Assembly: GCA_964658305.1 (NCBI GenBank)
Contig: OZ210885.1
Coordinates: 15,686,001-15,750,000 of the forward strand
Direction: 5' to 3'
DNA length: 64,000 nt
Source of the DNA: Leptogorgia sarmentosa
Lineage: Eukaryota
The notes under the pieces are model-generated. The model had not been told where the DNA came from. It searched no databases and saw only the letters and a program-made list of their open reading frames with translations. Positions 58,320-64,000 of the stretch are shown in pieces. The translations under genes were made by a program, and so were the position numbers. Position 1 is the stretch's first letter, and the number at the start of each line of letters is the position of its first letter.

Positions 58320-60235
58320 ATGCAAAGAATAAACTTCCCAATACCGACCAATAAAGAATACAACAAAAGATTGATTGAAATGACTGGCAAGCTGATTAAC
58401 CGAATGCGATGGCATGCCTATTACTGCCTAAGCCCATCCACATCAAGTAATGAACAGCAAACTTATGGATTCAAATCAAAGAAAACCCCACCACAAATAC
58501 CCGAGTTAAACGAGTTTGAAACGAAAATGACCAATATGATCCAAGGCATCGAGTTTAGAGCACCTAAACCCTCAGAGTTCCAAAGTAAGCTGTCTAAACA
58601 CACCGAAGCAATCAATAAAGACCCTAACTTATATATAGCAGCAGATAAGACTACAAACTACTACAGAATGCCCACTGAGAATTACAAATCATTATTAAAG
58701 AAAAGCATAGAGAAAGAGTATAAGAAAGCATTCGTTGACACGGCGAGTGAGATCAACAACCAGGCGAAAAACATAGGTCGAGATTTAAACCTAAGCGACA
58801 GAATTGAAATGTTATCTCAAAAAGAAGCTTTTGTAACCTTGAAAGATCATAAGGACAACTTCTCTAACAGCCCACCAACTTGCCGTTTAATAAACCCCAC
58901 AAAGTCTGAAATAGGCAAAGTGAGTAAATGTATCCTTGATAGAATAAACAAAGACATCATCAACAAAACAGGCGTGAAACAAAGGAAGAGCACTAGAGAT
59001 ACTTTAAATTGGTTCAACAGCATCAATGGAAAAGAGCGGCATTCATTCATCACATTCGACATTGTAAACTTCTACCCTTCAATCTCATCTAGACTACTCC
59101 AGGACGCTCTTAATTTCGCAGAAGCACACACAGATATTTCAGCTCAGGAGAAAGAAATAATATGGCATGCAAAGCAATTGCTTCTATATAACAACAATAC
59201 TGCATGGTTTAAAAAGAATTCATCCAACTCATTCGATGTCACGATGGGCTCGTTTGATGGCGCAGAAACATGCGAGCTAGTATGATCATACTTACTACAA
59301 CCGCTCCCTGAGACCTTTAGAAATCAAGTTGGCCTTTACAGAGACAACGGCCTAGGAGCATTTGAAAATTCGTATCTCAAGCCCAACAATGAGCTGCTTT
59401 ATGTCCACAACGAGAGCAATCACCCACCATAATATACCTCTAGCAATTAACAAAAGGCTTAATGAGCTCTCTTCAAACAAGGAATCATTTGACAAAGCAT
59501 CACCTGAATACCAACATGCACTAAAGAAAAGCGGCTACAACTACGACCTAGAATATGAGGCACCCTACAACCAAGCTACGGAGAGGAGATCTAGGCACAG
59601 GAATATTACATGGTACAACCCCCCATTCAGCAAAAATGTAGCCACCAATGTAGCACGCAAGTTCAGAAATATTGTGAAAGAATCCTTCAAGAGCGGACAC
59701 CCACTACAGAAACTATTTAATAAAAATACACTAAACATTAGTTATTCGTGCATGCCCAATCTTGAAAGAAGAATTAATATCCGTAACAACTGGATCCTCA
59801 GAAAAAGCCCGCAGCAACCTGAAAGAATGTGCAATTGCAGATCGAAACCCGAGTGTCCACTGAAAGGTGAATGTCTAAACGGCAACATCATTTATCAAGC
59901 TACTGTGAAAACCAACGATACAAACGAAACATACATCGGCCTCACGGGGGATCGGTTTAAAACACGATATAACAACCATACGTGCTCATTCCGTGACAGC
60001 AACAGAACTAAGCAAGCACATTTGGTCTCTAAAGGACAATAACATTGAATACTCTGTGGATAGGAAAATTATGGCTCGCGCTAATTTGTATTCAAATATT
60101 GGGAAAAAATGCAATTTATGTATAATGGAAAAATATTTCATTATCTGTAAACCGGAAGTTTGTACGCTGAACAAAAGAAATGAACTAGTTAGTGCATGCC
60201 GGCATGCAAAAAAATTTTTAATTAAAAACGGTTAG
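58320..60235 (+). pseudogene. Penelope/Naiad RT + GIY-YIG endonuclease, disrupted
   Basis: ADKTTN, CRLINP, FDIVNFYPSI, MGSFDGAETCELV*, GLYRDNG (normally YRDD), [31 protein letters not shown]; stop, deletion and frameshifts. Confidence 0.9.
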
Positions 60236-60289
60236 ACTTCATAACACTATGAACTACGGTATTTAAGCGGGATATTTTAGTCTAAATAT

Positions 60290-60338
60290 GCACCTGAAGA
60301 GAGAGGACCTAGTAACTCTCGAAACAGAACTGTAGTGC
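60290..60338 (+). ncRNA. Type I hammerhead ribozyme
   Basis: Stem I GCAC/GUGC, CUGAAGA, stem II GAGAG/CUCUC, GAAAC, short stem III, GUA cleavage triplet at 60332-60334. Confidence 0.88.
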
Positions 60339-60544
60339 TTTTTAATGAACAATTTTAATCTTTATAATACATACATACATGCTAATAGCATCACTGTGGA
60401 GTGCTACTCAGAAGATAATAAAGGAATAACTTCTCAGTAGCAACAAAGATAATACACATTTAAGATAAACAATATTTTTTAAAAGCATACATGTTTCTTC
60501 AGTGCAAAGTGAATGATATGTGGTAATATAATACAATAATATAA

Positions 60545-60805
60545 AATCTAAATTATGAATAAATCATTTACAAGTACTACTCAAAAGACGATCTATCTAC
60601 AGAGTTGTTTATATGAAATGATAAGAATAACTATATTTGCTCTTCATATCAACAAAATCAATCAAGATCTCAACGTCCAAATTCACCACTTTAATACTAT
60701 ATTCAGTTTGTAAATATAGTTATTCGTATCATTTCATATAAACAACTCTGTAAATAGATCGTCTTTCAACTAGTACTTGTAAATAATTTATTCATAATTT
60801 AGTTT
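60545..60805. repeat. Palindromic MITE-like element (~90-bp arms)
   Basis: About 60545-60638 is the imperfect inverse of about 60712-60805. Confidence 0.65.
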
Positions 60806-61106
60806 TTCCCCGAGCCACAGCATGGGTGTTAGCCCGGGCGAGGGTAATAACTCCGCATGGCTATTTACACCCGGTTGGAAGGAGAGCATAGCAGAGTCAA
60901 AGTCATTTCACCACCATTTTGGGTCAAGGTAGGGTGGGTGGTCATCCACTGATCTCAAAAATTATGGCGGACTATCATGTTAGCTGATTGGTCAGAATGA
61001 CAATTAAAACTGACAGATATTTTTACTACAGAAACTCCAACAGAGTAAAAATATTTTACTTTTTTGAAGCTTTAATATTAATATATAAAACTGGAATAAG
61101 TATACG

Positions 61107-62345
61107 ATGGAACCAAGCGACGAACAGGACAAAATGAGTAAGAAAGCAGAGAATTTAAACAAGCGTAGGCAGCAAAGAAGACAGCGGTTGCTTGAAGAGA
61201 CTGCCAGGGGAAAAGAAACTCGGCTGGCAAAGCGTAGGGAAGCATGGAAATTAGGACAGCCAAAGCAAAAGGTAAGCAAAAAGGGTATAAGAGATTTTAC
61301 AGGCAACAGAAAGCAGCAGCGGAAAGTTTCGAAGAACGGGAAACTCGGTTAGCAAGTGAAGAAAAGCGTCGAAAGTCAAAAGTGCTGATACTAAAGGTAA
61401 ACAGAAAGACTATCAGAGAGAATATAATGCAGGTAAGTAGCAAAATGAAAGTGAAGCAGAACAATTAGACAGAGTGAAAAAAAGGAGACAAGAAGAAGAA
61501 CAAAATAAGAATGATAAACAAGTCAAATTGCTTGAAATTTTAAAAGGAATTTTCCCAAGAGCATTTGCAAATGAAAAAGTAGAGCCAGGTGAACTTTCAA
61601 AGGATGAGACAGAGCCAGACGAAGGGAAGCCATCACAGGTAGCCGATGTCATGAAAATTGATGCATCTCTATTAGTAAGTCAACCAATCGATGAATGCAT
61701 ATCCTTCCATGAAGCAAAAGGGTTGCTAAGTGCACCTATTTATGAGGCAGATGACCAGTTAAGTAATATAAATGTTAATGAAAATGAGTCAATAGATATA
61801 TTTGTTTGTGAGGCTGACAAGGAAACAGGTATGTGTGAATAAAAATGAATATTTGCATGAGGGTGGTTGGCAAAATGTCAACAACCCTTTGTACGGGCTT
61901 GAATATGTAAGAAATGAAATGCATAGCTTTCATTTAGATCAGGAACGTTTATAGCATCAGCAATGCACTGTTTGTAAAGAAGCTTGGCCGACATGACAGA
62001 AATCTATAACATTTTTTGAGACAAAAAATCACCAAAAAATTTCAGCGCTGGAAATGACATGGATCCAGGTATTGTTCCTGAACAGCTGAGAGGTTTGACA
62101 CAGGTAGAAGAAATGTTAATTTCAAGGATTTGCCCTATCATGCAAGTTTATAGAAAACATGGTGGGCAAAGGGTACAAGGGGCATGTACTAAACCTGCCA
62201 CAAAATATTCAAAGTTTCTTGAATAGGTGCAACACGTGTTGCTGACCTGCCTGTTTAGGTTGTACGAAGACATGGTGTTGAAGACACTCACAAAGACTTC
62301 ACTGTGCGTCGACATAGGGTGCTTGAAGCTATGTTGCGGTTGAAG
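61107..62345 (+). pseudogene. Helitron-associated N-terminal region (DUF6570-like), degenerate
   Basis: [61 protein letters not shown] preceded by a charged coiled coil; frameshifts; no Rep or helicase core seen. Confidence 0.6.
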
Positions 62346-62346
62346 C

Positions 62347-62425
62347 AGTGTGACCAGATTTTAAAATTCAATTATGCTAAGCAGCTGCCTAAATTATGCT
62401 AAACGGAGGTAAATTATGCTAAATG
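62347..62425 (+). mobile_element. Probable left end of a non-autonomous hAT-like element
   Basis: cagtgtgaccag followed by three aattatgctaa repeats where the Helitron-like coding stops; no partner end seen. Confidence 0.4.
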
Positions 62426-64000
62426 TGATTTTGCCTGTATACAGGTGTTTAAGGTGAGCCAAGACTTCAAGAAGATGTAAAAACTATAATAAAGTAAGGG
62501 CATGCAAGTAATTTGAAATAATTAAAAATAAATTAAATTCAAACAAACAAACAAATCCACACATTCTCTATAAAGTCTGAATTTATAAACTCAATTTGAT
62601 TTTTGTATCTGCGTGACGTAGTGACGCAGATATATTGCTATCGTGTTGTTAGCTGTTAACTGTTAGCTTGCAGCCAATCAGCGAATTCGTTAGTTAAATT
62701 TAGCCAATAGGCGACAACGTAACATTGAGATGACGTAATTCTCACTGAGCCCACCCGCAAATTTAAGGGAACCAACGCGGAGTTCTTGCGGGCTAAATAT
62801 TACAAAATGGCGACTGATATAGGCACGAGCTAAAGAGTGGTGATGTGTTTGTCTGTTTGATCGTGGATTTTGTTTCGCATGAATATCCAGATAAAAAGAA
62901 ATATACTGTTCGCAGCGACGAGTGCCTTCACTGAAATAGAGGTTAATTTATGAGCATTTGCGCCGCTTAGAACACTATTTATACTAAGGCAATTTATACG
63001 CAAAAATATCATGACGCAAATTGCAGACATTGGCATTGCTTTTAAAGATATTAATTAAAGAGGTTCGCGTTCGCTATGCAATTTAGATCATCAAAGCAAA
63101 AATATCATGACGCAATTTATACAATTGAACACAGCAAATATTTAAGGTTATGAAAGAGTTTAATGACTTGACACAATTGCGCGTATATTTTCCCTACGAT
63201 ACTTTAGAGTGTCGGAACTGTCGCACTGACACACTGTACATGTTTGGACTGCCGGCGATGTCATTGTGATCACGGAATATCTACTATATTTTGACGCTTC
63301 GCCATACGGAATTGTTGAAACACTCAATCCCAGGAAAATAGATTTCGTAGCTTGTAATAAAACGGGTTTGTGCGTTTATTAAGCGCGAGACAAAACAAAC
63401 GAAATCATATATAGTTTCAAGTATTCTGTTTTGAACCTACGCGCAATGCGCATACCGATCATACATACGCCTTAGCGTCTACGCAAATGCGCATGAATGG
63501 ACGGAATATATTGTATATAAATATATTATTATGATACGGTTTTGAAAAGGGTAAATTTGGTTTTTAGAGAGCCACATTTTTCACAAACAATCGCAAAGCG
63601 CTGTGTCTATTTTAAAGACGCAATAACATAAAATGCGATATCATATGTCGTCAAGTTTCAATTCCTTATGCAATTTGATATATGATCGCGGGAATTCCGG
63701 AATGCGAGATAGTCATGAAAGCTTATATCAAGTATTGAATACGTCTCCGCACAACCTCACGTCTTGAAAAGAATTAGCATTTGCGCTATTCACCTATTCC
63801 CTAGCATTAAACCATTTTATACATGCCACATCGCGTATTAGGGACAGATAAGATGCGTGTTTCGAAAAGCTGAAAACAAATAAGACTTGATCATCAAGCT
63901 ACATAGGCGCAGATACATGTACACTTTGTGTACCTATTTTTAAATTATGATATGTAATTTTAATTTGACTACAAAATTTAAAACTACAACATTTTTGAAA

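Larger units (their letters stand above)
58159..60368 (+). mobile_element. Near full-length Naiad-type Penelope-like retroelement
   Basis: Terminal direct repeat gtgctttttaatgaacaatttta (58159 and 60335), microsatellite flanks, RT then GIY-YIG, hammerhead in the 3' repeat. Confidence 0.88.

Noticed and set aside
59283..59285. In-frame TGA in the Naiad RT as selenocysteine (some Naiads encode selenoproteins)
   Set aside because: It falls at the conserved Gly of CELVG (GGA to TGA), not at a Cys, and the copy has other lesions (YRDN, deletion, frameshifts).
62430..64000. Possible gene or promoter (CCAAT boxes, aaaatggcg)
   Set aside because: No supportable ORF; probably the interior of an element that extends beyond the window.

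Overview
AT-rich eukaryotic DNA with spliceosomal introns, probably from a marine invertebrate such as a hydrozoan cnidarian (inferred from the element repertoire). It is made almost entirely of nested transposable elements and I recognise no ordinary host gene. In order: (1) a Zisupton/KDZ-type DNA transposon, left end cut by the window, whose transposase is followed by Ulp1 protease, PHD and SprT-like HExxH domains; (2) a 13.7-kb Kolobok element (TTAA TSD, 211-bp TIRs, THAP-DDE transposase, convergent KolX/P2X7-tail-like gene) inside a foldback repeat, itself carrying an intact CRE-like non-LTR element and an intact Gypsy element with 103-bp LTRs; (3) MITE and Harbinger debris; (4) a Polinton/Maverick remnant (zf-GRF, Bcl-2-like ORF, packaging ATPase, adenain, capsid tail) cut by a BEL/Pao pol remnant; (5) two hAT copies; (6) a complete DIRS1-type retrotransposon with ITRs, ICR, an apparently spliced gag and a 1.8-kb dual-coding region; (7) a 12.7-kb unit with ~2.6-kb inverted arms, each made of Penelope/Naiad fragments plus a ~0.94-kb TIR, around an IS3EU-like transposase and a HECT ligase gene; (8) a near full-length Naiad-type Penelope element with a hammerhead ribozyme; (9) a Helitron-associated fragment. 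Family calls come from motifs read by eye; no database search was run, and exon boundaries are approximate.
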